A program made the translations under genes and the position numbers. From Roseibacillus sp. (GTDB taxonomy: Bacteria > Verrucomicrobiota > Verrucomicrobiia > Verrucomicrobiales > Akkermansiaceae), in assembly GCA_051251855.1 (NCBI GenBank), contig JBPOGI010000004.1, positions 320,001 through 384,000 of the forward strand: 64,000 nucleotides of DNA, in the 5' to 3' direction. Positions 52,329-61,209 of the stretch are shown here, piece after piece. The notes beneath the pieces were generated by a model. The model worked only from the letters and a program-made list of their open reading frames with translations. It was not told the DNA's origin and ran no database searches. Within the stretch, counting starts at the first letter, position 1, and each line of letters begins with the position of its first letter.

Positions 52329-53093
52329 CTACCACTCATCTGCCCGCGAACTCCGACCTTCCACAAAGTCGCGCAAGAGCTTGTCATCACTGCTCTTTAG
52401 CTCATCAGGTGTGCCCTCAAAGTAAATCTGGCCCTCCTTCATAAACACCACTCGATTCGCAATTCGAAAGACACTCCGCATCTCATGAGTCACCACTACA
52501 TTGGTGATCTGGTGATCGCATTGCAGGTCTTTAATTAAATGGTCGATCGAGTCCGCCGTCACCGGATCCAACCCTGCGTGAGGTTCGTCATAGAGAACCA
52601 TACAAGGCATCTCTACAATTGAGCGCGCAAGAGCTACTCGCTTCCGCATCCCCCCGGAGAGATCCGACGGCATCTTATCGGTTTGACCCGCCAAGCGCAC
52701 AATCTCGAGCGCCTTCTCCACTTTCTCAGCAATGACAGCCTCGCTCTTTTCCCCTGCTTCCCGCAGCGGAAAGGCAATGTTTCCTCCCACCGAGAGCGAG
52801 TCGAAAAGCGCTCCCCCCTGAAACATCATCGACACCTTCCGCCGCACCTCCTCCATCTCCCGTTCACCTTTACAGCTGATTTCCTCGCCATCGACCACGA
52901 TCGTTCCTTCCATTGGACACAACAACCCGCAGATGTGCTTCATCAAAACGCTCTTTCCGCCCCCAGATCCTCCCAAAAGCACTACCGTCTCCCCACGATA
53001 AATATCCAAGTCCACTCCGCGCAGAACATGATTGCTCCCAAAGCGCTGGTGCACATTGCGCATCGAAACGAAAACCTCTCGCGAACCACTCAT
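52329..53093 (-). CDS. ABC transporter ATP-binding protein, MlaF/Ttg2A-like
   Basis: GGSGGGKS, FQGGALFDSL, LSGGMRKRVALAR, YDEPHAGLDP. Confidence 0.9.
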   Translation of the reverse strand: MSGSREVFVSMRNVHQRFGSNHVLRGVDLDIYRGETVVLLGGSGGGKSVLMKHICGLLCPMEGTIVVDGEEISCKGEREMEEVRRKVSMMFQGGALFDSLSVGGNIAFPLREAGEKSEAVIAEKVEKALEIVRLAGQTDKMPSDLSGGMRKRVALARSIVEMPCMVLYDEPHAGLDPVTADSIDHLIKDLQCDHQITNVVVTHEMRSVFRIANRVVFMKEGQIYFEGTPDELKSSDDKLLRDFVEGRSSRADEW

Positions 53094-53162
53094 CGACCAC
53101 AAGTTGACCTCAGAACAAGGGGAGACAACAAGGCATTTCCCCATCGCCTCTTAACTCGCCTA

Positions 53163-53594
53163 TCAATCCTTCGTAAGAGCCAATCGATTGAACGGCAAAA
53201 GGGCAATCAATAGAGAGGAAACCAGCAAGAGCATCATTTGCGAGTCCAACGGCCCCCAGTTCTCAATGAGGCAGCATCCCGTGATCAACACCATCATCAG
53301 CAACGAGACCCCTATAAGCGCGAACTTCGTCTTCAAGCCCAAGAGAAGCATTAGCCCCACCACCGCTTCTACAATCGGGATGGCATAAGCCATCGGAGTG
53401 ACCAAAAATCCAGGAAGTAAACTCTCCGCAAACTGACCTTCCATGTAGCCTACAAACCCGGACAGCTTCGGCAGGCGCACCAAGCCGTGGAAAAAGAGAT
53501 TCACCCCGAGCCCGATCCTCAGTAGCAGGTAGGCCAACTCCTTATTATCGAGACCAAAAATCTTATCTGGGGCTTCGCTAGCGCTATCGTTCAC
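53163..53594 (-). CDS. DoxX family membrane protein
   Basis: LLLRIGLGVNLFFHG..E..VGLMLLLGL. Confidence 0.85.
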   Translation of the reverse strand: MNDSASEAPDKIFGLDNKELAYLLLRIGLGVNLFFHGLVRLPKLSGFVGYMEGQFAESLLPGFLVTPMAYAIPIVEAVVGLMLLLGLKTKFALIGVSLLMMVLITGCCLIENWGPLDSQMMLLLVSSLLIALLPFNRLALTKD

Positions 53595-53752
53595 CTCTTA
53601 AGATGATGCACCCCCAACGAACCGCAAATATTTTTCGAGATAATACTCCAACAGCGAATTCAAGGGCCTCCCTCGGAATCACACCATGCTATAGCCTCAC
53701 CTTCAACCTTCCGACTTGATTCCCCTCTCTTCACCAGAGAACCTATCCCTAG

Positions 53753-54547
53753 ATGAAACTCCTCCAAAACACCCTTCCCGCTCTCGCCACCCTCTTTTGG
53801 GGCGGATCGATTGTCTGGCTCTACGCCGCCGGACGCATGGGAGAGTTCCTCGTCCCCAAGTTTCACAACATCACCCTCTTCGGCGGATTGGGGATGATCG
53901 TTCTCGGCCTCTTCGTTCTTCTCACCCTGCGGGAAAAATCAGACTGCGGCCACGACCATTGCGAACATGGCCACGACCACCACGACCAAAACCCCTTCGT
54001 CGTCCTTCTCCTCATGGTCATTCCCCTTTCCGCCTCACTCGCCACCGACACCTCCGCCGGCTACTCCCTCGACGTCCTTGCGCGCAAAGGTCTCTACGAC
54101 AATCAAGTCGACACCTCCGCCTACGCCATTCCCCCCTTCACCAAAGAAATGTTAGAAGAGTCCACCCCTCAGAACGAGGACGGCCGCTTCCAACTTCCCC
54201 TCAGCCAGATCTTCTTTTCCGCTGGAGACGAATCCATGATGGAAGTCTTCGGCGAGATCGAAATCGAAACCGAAGGCCAGATCGTCGCCGAGCGTGACAA
54301 TAACGAAGCTGGCAACCGCCTGCGCATCTACCGAACTCTCATGACCTGCTGCGCCGCTGACGCCATGGTCCTCGCCTTTCCTCTCGAATTCGAAAATCCC
54401 CCCGCCACCTTTGAAGAACGCTCTTGGGTCAGAGTCGGAGGCACCCTCCGCTACGAAACCCTCGAAGTGGGAGACTCTCCCGTCCTCCACGTCGAGAAAA
54501 TGGAAGCCATCCCACCCCCTTCGCAAGGAGGCTTCACAGGCTGGTAG
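53753..54547 (+). CDS. DUF1980/TIGR03943-like membrane protein
   Basis: Three TM segments, His-rich CGHDHCEHGHDHH loop, R..MTCCAADA. Confidence 0.8.
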   Translation: MKLLQNTLPALATLFWGGSIVWLYAAGRMGEFLVPKFHNITLFGGLGMIVLGLFVLLTLREKSDCGHDHCEHGHDHHDQNPFVVLLLMVIPLSASLATDTSAGYSLDVLARKGLYDNQVDTSAYAIPPFTKEMLEESTPQNEDGRFQLPLSQIFFSAGDESMMEVFGEIEIETEGQIVAERDNNEAGNRLRIYRTLMTCCAADAMVLAFPLEFENPPATFEERSWVRVGGTLRYETLEVGDSPVLHVEKMEAIPPPSQGGFTGW

Positions 54548-54609
54548 CACACCTTTCCTTCCCCAAAAAAACAGGCTGGATTCTCAGGCCTCCTCTCCGA
54601 AGCTACGTC

Positions 54610-55473
54610 ATGAACCTCAAGCTCCCTAACCGCACCCTCTCTTGGCCTCGGCGAGGTTGTGTCATGGGCATTCTCAACATCAACCACGACTCCTTTTCTG
54701 GAGACGGCAAAGTAGATCAAACTTGGGCCGCCCAGCGTGCTCGCCAAATGATCGCCGACGGAGCCGACTTCATCGACATCGGGGCCGAGAGTGCGCGCAC
54801 CAACCGCGACGCCATCTCCATCGACGAAGAGATCGAACGCTTCGCTGGGTTCTGCAAAAATTGGCCCGACATCATCGCCCAATCGCAACCTCGCGATGAG
54901 AGCCAAGTCTGGCCCCCTGTTCTTTCTGCCAATACTTGGAGACCCGAGGTCGTCGCCACCGTCGTCACCATGGGAGCGGAACTCGTTAACGACATGAGCG
55001 GCCTCCCCGACAATCAAAACGCCCAGCACTGCTCAGATTCCGAGGCAGCCCTCCTCATCATGCACTCCGTCGGTGCCCCCAAAGTCGATCATTCTCACGT
55101 GCGCTGGCCTGACATCCTCGGCTCGATGGAAGACTTTTTCGCCGAAAAACTCGCCCAATGCGATCAAACTGGTCTCTCTCGCAACCAAGTCATTCTCGAT
55201 CCTGGCTTCGGCTTTGCAAAGACTCCCGAAGACGACCTTACCGTTCTCTCCCATCTAGACCGACTCACTTCCTTCAAACGCCCCCTTCTTCTCCCCGTGG
55301 GACGCAAAGGCTTCATCGGCGAAACCCTCGACATCGAAGACCCCACCGCTCGCGACGCCGCCACCCTCGCCTGCGTCACCGCCGGCCACACCCGCGGCGC
55401 TTCTATTTACCGCGTCCACGAGGTCAAAGGCTGCTTCGAAACCCTGAAGGTTTTGCACGCGCTACACCCCTAA
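54610..55473 (+). CDS. folP: Dihydropteroate synthase
   Basis: VMGILNINHDSFSGDG, IDIGAESAR, ILDPGFGFAK, RK.FIG, RVHEV; ATG 54610. Confidence 0.93.
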   Translation: MNLKLPNRTLSWPRRGCVMGILNINHDSFSGDGKVDQTWAAQRARQMIADGADFIDIGAESARTNRDAISIDEEIERFAGFCKNWPDIIAQSQPRDESQVWPPVLSANTWRPEVVATVVTMGAELVNDMSGLPDNQNAQHCSDSEAALLIMHSVGAPKVDHSHVRWPDILGSMEDFFAEKLAQCDQTGLSRNQVILDPGFGFAKTPEDDLTVLSHLDRLTSFKRPLLLPVGRKGFIGETLDIEDPTARDAATLACVTAGHTRGASIYRVHEVKGCFETLKVLHALHP

Positions 55474-56283
55474 CAGGCGGAAAAACCGTTGGGTATCACT
55501 CGACAACAAAGCAGGGTGAACAATTCGAATCACCTGCGTCGTCCCATCATCACTCACCACCGACGGACTCGCCACCACGTCAATCCAATCACTTTCCAAA
55601 AGAGTGTCTCCCTCAGATTCCTGCAGCACAAATTGCACCTGCCCTGCCTGTGCAGTTGGAAACTCGAATTCAATTCCTGGTCGACCAGCTGAAATCACAA
55701 AACAAACCGAAGGAAGCACAAGAGGCTCTGGCTCCGCAACAGCAGTCAACTGAATCGAATTAAAAACATCGTTCCCTGCACTCAGGGTATCAGGGGAACC
55801 GGCAAAATATTGGTCAACAGCAGGTAAAGAGATACTCACACTCGCATCGAGCTCAGAGACCGGAAAAGTCCACGAACTCAAACTCGAAGAGAAAACCGCA
55901 AACTGAGTCGCGGTGGAAATATTCAAGCTATCCGTAACCAACAGATAGATTTTGGATGACGGCAAACCTCCTAGGTCTCCCGAAAATTGTCCTGCCGAGA
56001 AAAAACCACTCGCTCCACTGGGGTTCGTAGAGAGTGATCCAAAGAGAGTGAAATCGGCTAGGAGCTCGGCGTTCGTCGCAGCTTCGTCCGGAAGAGACGC
56101 ATAGGTCCCCGCGAACAAATACCCGCCCGCAAGAGGGGCTTCGTCCTCCAACTCGAATAAAACGAAGCTCTCAACGGTCCCCGCACTTGGGCTAAAATTA
56201 AAGGAAGCAGAAGCCTTAAGCTCGCAAAACGACGCGCAAAAAAGACTCAATAAGGAAACAGGAAAAGCTGAATTCAATTTCAT
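55462..56283 (-). CDS. Secreted protein, paralog of the adjacent PEP-CTERM protein, ending in an FFRL-type domain
   Basis: Signal peptide from ATG 56283; shares FVLF..PL..G.L.AG.Y, IYL.VTD...I..ATQ.AVF.....SWTFP with 56350-56949. Confidence 0.8.
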   Translation of the reverse strand: MKLNSAFPVSLLSLFCASFCELKASASFNFSPSAGTVESFVLFELEDEAPLAGGYLFAGTYASLPDEAATNAELLADFTLFGSLSTNPSGASGFFSAGQFSGDLGGLPSSKIYLLVTDSLNISTATQFAVFSSSLSSWTFPVSELDASVSISLPAVDQYFAGSPDTLSAGNDVFNSIQLTAVAEPEPLVLPSVCFVISAGRPGIEFEFPTAQAGQVQFVLQESEGDTLLESDWIDVVASPSVVSDDGTTQVIRIVHPALLSSDTQRFFRLLGV

Positions 56284-56349
56284 GAGAAAATCGATGCCCC
56301 CAAGTAAACCGAGACCTCTCCCCCGTAGCACCTTTCCCGAAGTCCCTTG

Positions 56350-56949
56350 CTATCGGCGACGTCGCACGACCCCAAAGACGGCAACAAATCCTAATAGCGT
56401 GATAGAAGGCTCCGGAACCGCAACAAGTCCAATCGCAGGGCCACCGCTTGTCAAACTAGAGGTGGTCTCTAACCCAGCCAAGAGACTCGCTCCTGAGGCT
56501 CCAAGCACCACATCATCCAAAGAAATTGAGGGACTGAGCGCAATGTCACTCCCAGGAAACGTCCAGCTCGCGTCGCTGGTGTTGGTGAAGACTGCAAGCT
56601 GTGTTGCATCACCGATCGATGCCGTATCAGTAACCATCAAATAGATGGGAAGACCCGCTTCGGCTCCAATCACTGTGTCGGGAAAATCAGGATCTCCAAA
56701 ATAGCCGCTGGCAGCACTATCATTTCCGAGAACGGCCCACTCCATGAAATTCTCCTGCAAATCGGCAGCACCCAAACCGATTGGACTGGTAGCATAGTAA
56801 CCAGCATGAAGAAAACCATTCTGAAGAGGATCTCCTGAAGCCACCTGAAAGAGCACGAAATTGGTTCCGGAATCAAAGCCGACTGTAGCGGCCGACGCTT
56901 CGAAAATGAGTGATACAGCAACCGCTGGAAGTAATGTTGATAAGCGCAT
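56350..56949 (-). CDS. PEP-CTERM sorting domain protein
   Basis: Signal peptide; VPEPSITLLGFVAVFGVVRRRR. Confidence 0.92.
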   Translation of the reverse strand: MRLSTLLPAVAVSLIFEASAATVGFDSGTNFVLFQVASGDPLQNGFLHAGYYATSPIGLGAADLQENFMEWAVLGNDSAASGYFGDPDFPDTVIGAEAGLPIYLMVTDTASIGDATQLAVFTNTSDASWTFPGSDIALSPSISLDDVVLGASGASLLAGLETTSSLTSGGPAIGLVAVPEPSITLLGFVAVFGVVRRRR

Positions 56950-57013
56950 GAAGTAATTTAGGTTTGAAATATTGTTTTAGGAGAAAAGAAACTGTGTGAA
57001 TGAAGCCGAAGAC

Positions 57014-58141
57014 TTATGGAGCCATAACAGTGGGAAACACCCAATCTAAGGGAGGATTTGGAGCCTTTCTTTGGATAAAGAAGGCGCCATCAAGCGGGGT
57101 GCTGCTGACATCAACTGTGTTATCTGCGGAGCTGACCCAGCCCATCACATCGTTAGGATCAAGAAAGTCGGGGACATTCTCGTCTTTGTAAAAATACTGA
57201 ACGTAGCTAGTTCCATTCCAAGCAACAACCAGCTCGGCATTACTTGCATTCAAACCCGGTTGAAGCGAAGTGAGAAAAGTTGTATCCGCTGCATCATAGA
57301 GACCAGAATTGCCTAAGGTCACTTGCCCCTCAATTGGATAGGGCACGTTCACTAGATTGTAGCCTTCTACAATCTGGACATTGATTGAATCATCAATGAC
57401 ATCACCATACACGACGACCTCGTAGGCAGAAGCGGTCGAACGACGCATAACGATGAAGCCTTGGTTGGGGGCCAGAGTCAGACTACTCACGTCGATAGTA
57501 TTATCGGCAGAAGAGACCCATCCGATGACATCGTTGGGATCAAGAAAATCGGGAACGTTCTCATCCTTGTAAAAATAAGTTTGAAAGGAGCCTCCTTCGA
57601 AAAAGATGACTTGGTCTGCAACTCCTGCATTCAAGCCGCCTTGAAAACCTTTTGCAGTTGGGTCCGCTCCAAAAACTGACGCCAATGTATTGTGCTGATA
57701 GATACGGAAGGACTCGCCAACTAACGCAGAAGTATCACCTGAGCCCGTGGCCAGAGTGAGCGTGTCAGCCGTATTCGAATCGATGTCGTAAATCTGCCCT
57801 TCCAACGAACCAGTCGTGATCAGGACGAAGTGAGGTCCCTCACTCCCCGCAAAATCATCAACTCCCCAGGTAGAAGCGCTTGCGGAAATCACGTCAGTCC
57901 CTCCTGCGGTAATCTCACCCACAGATTTTCGCTTCTGAGCAAGGGCATGGTTCACAAAGTTGTAACTTGGACTGTCGGACGAAGCTGCAGCAGTTGCTTT
58001 TAATTTCACATAACCCGCAGGCGACGTGAAGACGGTCTGCCCCTGAGACGAAGTGAGCAATGCAAGGCCACCGACAATCAATGAAGTCGTTCGCAAAGCA
58101 CGGGGAATTCGAATGGAAAAACAAGAGGGATCGAATTGCAT
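57014..58141 (-). CDS. TIGR02597-like verrucomicrobial secreted protein with internal repeat (start uncertain)
   Basis: VFTSPAGYVKL, TLASVFG, PNQGFIV.RR, GYNLVNVPYP; two copies of a 32-aa segment. Confidence 0.7.
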   Translation of the reverse strand: MQFDPSCFSIRIPRALRTTSLIVGGLALLTSSQGQTVFTSPAGYVKLKATAAASSDSPSYNFVNHALAQKRKSVGEITAGGTDVISASASTWGVDDFAGSEGPHFVLITTGSLEGQIYDIDSNTADTLTLATGSGDTSALVGESFRIYQHNTLASVFGADPTAKGFQGGLNAGVADQVIFFEGGSFQTYFYKDENVPDFLDPNDVIGWVSSADNTIDVSSLTLAPNQGFIVMRRSTASAYEVVVYGDVIDDSINVQIVEGYNLVNVPYPIEGQVTLGNSGLYDAADTTFLTSLQPGLNASNAELVVAWNGTSYVQYFYKDENVPDFLDPNDVMGWVSSADNTVDVSSTPLDGAFFIQRKAPNPPLDWVFPTVMAP

Positions 58142-58290
58142 TCCAACTTTTTGCCTGCCCAGTAAGGAAAGCGCAATCATAAAGTAATCAAAGACTTTGA
58201 ACAAATCCCTAAAAATCAACCACTCTCGAGAGGAAATAGTTCAGCTGAACACTTTTATCTTGCCAAGGAAATCACCATTGGAAAAACTCT

Positions 58291-59646
58291 TTGGTGGCTA
58301 GCGAATATGTCCATCTCCTTGAAGCACTGCGTTCTGGTTGGCTCGCTGAACAAGTTATCGCCCTGCCGAGCGAGATTGAACTCCAATCCCTCTTCTTCGC
58401 CGGTCATTTCGGGCGATGCTTCCAGACCCTTGATGGCAAGAACGTCGAAATTCGTCAGTTCGGAGAGTGGAACCACGGCCCAGGACCGGACTTTCTCAAC
58501 TGCGCCATAACGCTCGATGGGCACCCCTCCCACGGCCCCGTTGAACTCGATACTCGCCCCAGTGACTGGGAGGCCCACGGCCACGCCACTAATTCGGCCT
58601 TTAATGAAGTTGTCCTCCACCTCTCCGTCGAGCCCGCCCAGCGCACCACCTTCATCCGGACCCTCGAACATCGCGAAGTCCCCCAAGTCTGCATCCCTCC
58701 CGAACGCCTTGAAACCATTCTCCCTCCCCCTCTCTATCAAGCACCCGTCACCCTAGGTCGCTGCTATCAGCCTCTCGGCCAAATACCTGTTTCCCGAGTC
58801 GAAGATTTACTCAAAAAAGCCGCCCTGCATCGCGCACTGCAAAAGGCGAAACGCTTCCACTGTGTCGCCGACATCCACGGCTATCCCCAAGCCCTCTGGC
58901 AAGCACTCGCTAATGCCCTTGGTTATCATCAAAACCAACTCGCAATGACCCTCCTCGCCCAGCGAGCTCCCCTCAGCCAGATGCGCCATCTTTCCCCCAC
59001 CGAACGAAGCAGCTATCTTTTTGGCCTCGCCGGTTTCCTCTCTCCCGACCTCCCCAACAGCGCTCCCCCAGAATCCCACGAATGGTTATGCGAGCTCTGG
59101 TCCAGTTGGTGGAAAAACCGCCCCCACCCCGAACCACGGACTCTGCCTTGGAGGTTCGCCGGCATCCGCCCCACCAACCACCCCCAACGCCGCGTCGCCG
59201 CCCTCACCACCCTCCTCTCCTCTTGGCCCACCTTAGAAAAACTCTCCCAAGGCTCCTTGTCCGAGTTTGCCAAAAAGCTTCAGCAAGGCACCGACCCCTT
59301 CTGGAATCATCACTTCACTCTTACCTCCTCCCCAACGGAGAAGCCCATCTCCCTCTTCGGCAAACAGCGGGCCCAAGACTTCCTCGCCAACGTTCTGCAC
59401 CCCTTACGTCTCGCCGAAGACCCCGAACAGCACTGGCCCGCCTACGCCCAACTCCCTGGCGGGACTCCATCAGAGCGTGTCCAACGCGCCGCCTACCGCC
59501 TCTTCGGCGACCGCGAGGAAAAATCCTCCTTTCTAAAAAAAGCCTGGCACCACCAAGCCCTCCTCCAAGTCTACCAAGATTTCTGTCTCAAGGATCACAG
59601 TGACTGCGAAGAATGCCCCTTCCCCGAACAACTCCTCAATTGGTAA
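58291..59646 (+). CDS. DUF2851 family protein
   Basis: GEWNHGPGPDF, DWEAHGH, RPTNHPQRR, C-terminal C..C..C. Confidence 0.88.
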   Translation: MVASEYVHLLEALRSGWLAEQVIALPSEIELQSLFFAGHFGRCFQTLDGKNVEIRQFGEWNHGPGPDFLNCAITLDGHPSHGPVELDTRPSDWEAHGHATNSAFNEVVLHLSVEPAQRTTFIRTLEHREVPQVCIPPERLETILPPPLYQAPVTLGRCYQPLGQIPVSRVEDLLKKAALHRALQKAKRFHCVADIHGYPQALWQALANALGYHQNQLAMTLLAQRAPLSQMRHLSPTERSSYLFGLAGFLSPDLPNSAPPESHEWLCELWSSWWKNRPHPEPRTLPWRFAGIRPTNHPQRRVAALTTLLSSWPTLEKLSQGSLSEFAKKLQQGTDPFWNHHFTLTSSPTEKPISLFGKQRAQDFLANVLHPLRLAEDPEQHWPAYAQLPGGTPSERVQRAAYRLFGDREEKSSFLKKAWHHQALLQVYQDFCLKDHSDCEECPFPEQLLNW

Positions 59647-59676
59647 AAAGCACTCACCCCCATCTCTCACTCAGCC

Positions 59677-60789
59677 ATGCTCACCGCCCTCTTAACCCTC
59701 AATGCCCTCCCCAAAGTTGGTCCCATTCGCATTCGCCGCCTTCTTGCGAAGTTCGGAAACCCCGAAACCATCCTTCGCCAATCAACCGGCTCCCTCCAAT
59801 CCGTCTCAGGCGTCGGTCCCGAAGTCGCCGCCATCATCACCGACTGGAAAAAACTCACCGATCCAGAAGCTGAACTCGCCCTCTGTGAGCGCCACCAAAT
59901 CACCATCCTCACCCCTCAATCTCCCTTCTGGCCGCGCCAACTTGCCGAGAGCCCTGACGCACCCCTGCTTCTCTACATCAAAGGCGAAATCACCGCCGCC
60001 GACCAACACACCATCGGCGTCGTCGGCTCTCGTCGTTGCACCCACTACGGCAGAAGCATCACTCGCACCTTCTCCACCGGCCTCGCAAACTCCGGCTATA
60101 CCATCATCTCCGGCCTCGCCCTCGGCATTGATACCGAAGCCCACCTCGCAGCTCTCGATAGCGGTGGTCGCACCATCGCTGTACTCGGCTCTGGCCTCCT
60201 AGACATCTATCCCTCCCAGAACCGCGAACTCGCCGAGCGCATTGCCGATGGTCACGGCGCCGTCGTCTCCGAATTCCCCCTTCGCTGCCCACCCGACAAA
60301 CAAACCTTCCCCCAACGCAACCGCATCGTCGCCAACTGGTCCACCGCCCTACTCGTCGCCGAATGCCCGCGCCGTTCTGGTTCCCTCATCACAGCCGGAA
60401 TGGCCACCGAATCCGGTCGTCCCGTCTACGCCATCCCCGGCCCCATCGACCGTCCTCAGTCCGAAGGCTGTCATGATCTCATCCGTGAAGGCGCCACTCT
60501 CGTCACCCAACCCAGCCAAATCCTCGAGGACCTCCAAGAACTTCCTCTCTTCAAAAACAAGAAACCCAGCCCTCAAAACCCAGCCCGAAAAACTCCTGAG
60601 CCCCACAACCTCAACGAACTCGAGACCCTCGTCCTCGGACACCTCGACAGCACCGAGCGTACCATGGACCAACTCGCCGACCTCTCTCAGGAACCCATCC
60701 ACATCGTTTCGGCCACCCTTCTCGGCCTTGAGATGAAGGGCCTTGCCAAACAAATCTCTGGCCAACGATACGTCAAAGCTCTTAGCTAA
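59677..60789 (+). CDS. dprA: DNA-processing protein DprA
   Basis: VVGSR, ISGLALGIDTEAH, FPQRNRIV, SGSLITA, LIREGA, C-terminal wHTH. Confidence 0.96.
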   Translation: MLTALLTLNALPKVGPIRIRRLLAKFGNPETILRQSTGSLQSVSGVGPEVAAIITDWKKLTDPEAELALCERHQITILTPQSPFWPRQLAESPDAPLLLYIKGEITAADQHTIGVVGSRRCTHYGRSITRTFSTGLANSGYTIISGLALGIDTEAHLAALDSGGRTIAVLGSGLLDIYPSQNRELAERIADGHGAVVSEFPLRCPPDKQTFPQRNRIVANWSTALLVAECPRRSGSLITAGMATESGRPVYAIPGPIDRPQSEGCHDLIREGATLVTQPSQILEDLQELPLFKNKKPSPQNPARKTPEPHNLNELETLVLGHLDSTERTMDQLADLSQEPIHIVSATLLGLEMKGLAKQISGQRYVKALS

Positions 60790-60798
60790 CTACTTATC

Positions 60799-61068
60799 GT
60801 GCAAGTCAACCCAATCGAACTATCATTTCCCTGCCCCGCCTGTGGAATTCGGCTGACGATCCAGCAAACCGTCGCAGATGGTCCTTGCCCCCACTGCCAC
60901 ATCCCAATTCAAGTTGAGCTCAAGGCCGGTCTCCGCGAGGTCGACGCCCTGCCCAAAGAGGACATAACTGCCCTCAAAAACACCTTTGATCGCCGTCGCT
61001 TCCGTCCTGCCAGCCAAGGAGCGAAGGTCAACGTTAAGTCTCACCATCGCCTTTCTGACCATCAGTAA
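60799..61068 (+). CDS. Small zinc-ribbon protein
   Basis: CPACG..CPHC; GTG start 9 bp after dprA. Confidence 0.6.
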   Translation: MQVNPIELSFPCPACGIRLTIQQTVADGPCPHCHIPIQVELKAGLREVDALPKEDITALKNTFDRRRFRPASQGAKVNVKSHHRLSDHQ

Positions 61069-61209
61069 GTGAGCGAAGATCGGCTTCTTGCCCCTAATAA
61101 ATAGCCTCCCAAAGGCTCCCTCTACCCATCTCAGAAGGATTATATTAAAGGGTTCGGATCAAAAAACCCTTGGCAAACGGCCCAATTCGTCCGTTAGTCC
61201 CCGCTCAAG

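Noticed and set aside
52329..53093. Complete Mla lipid-transport operon
   Set aside because: Only the ATPase is present; no permease or MCE gene is adjacent
54424..54609. N-terminal extension of folP in the ORF track
   Set aside because: Overlaps the upstream gene; ATG 54610 gives a normal-length DHPS
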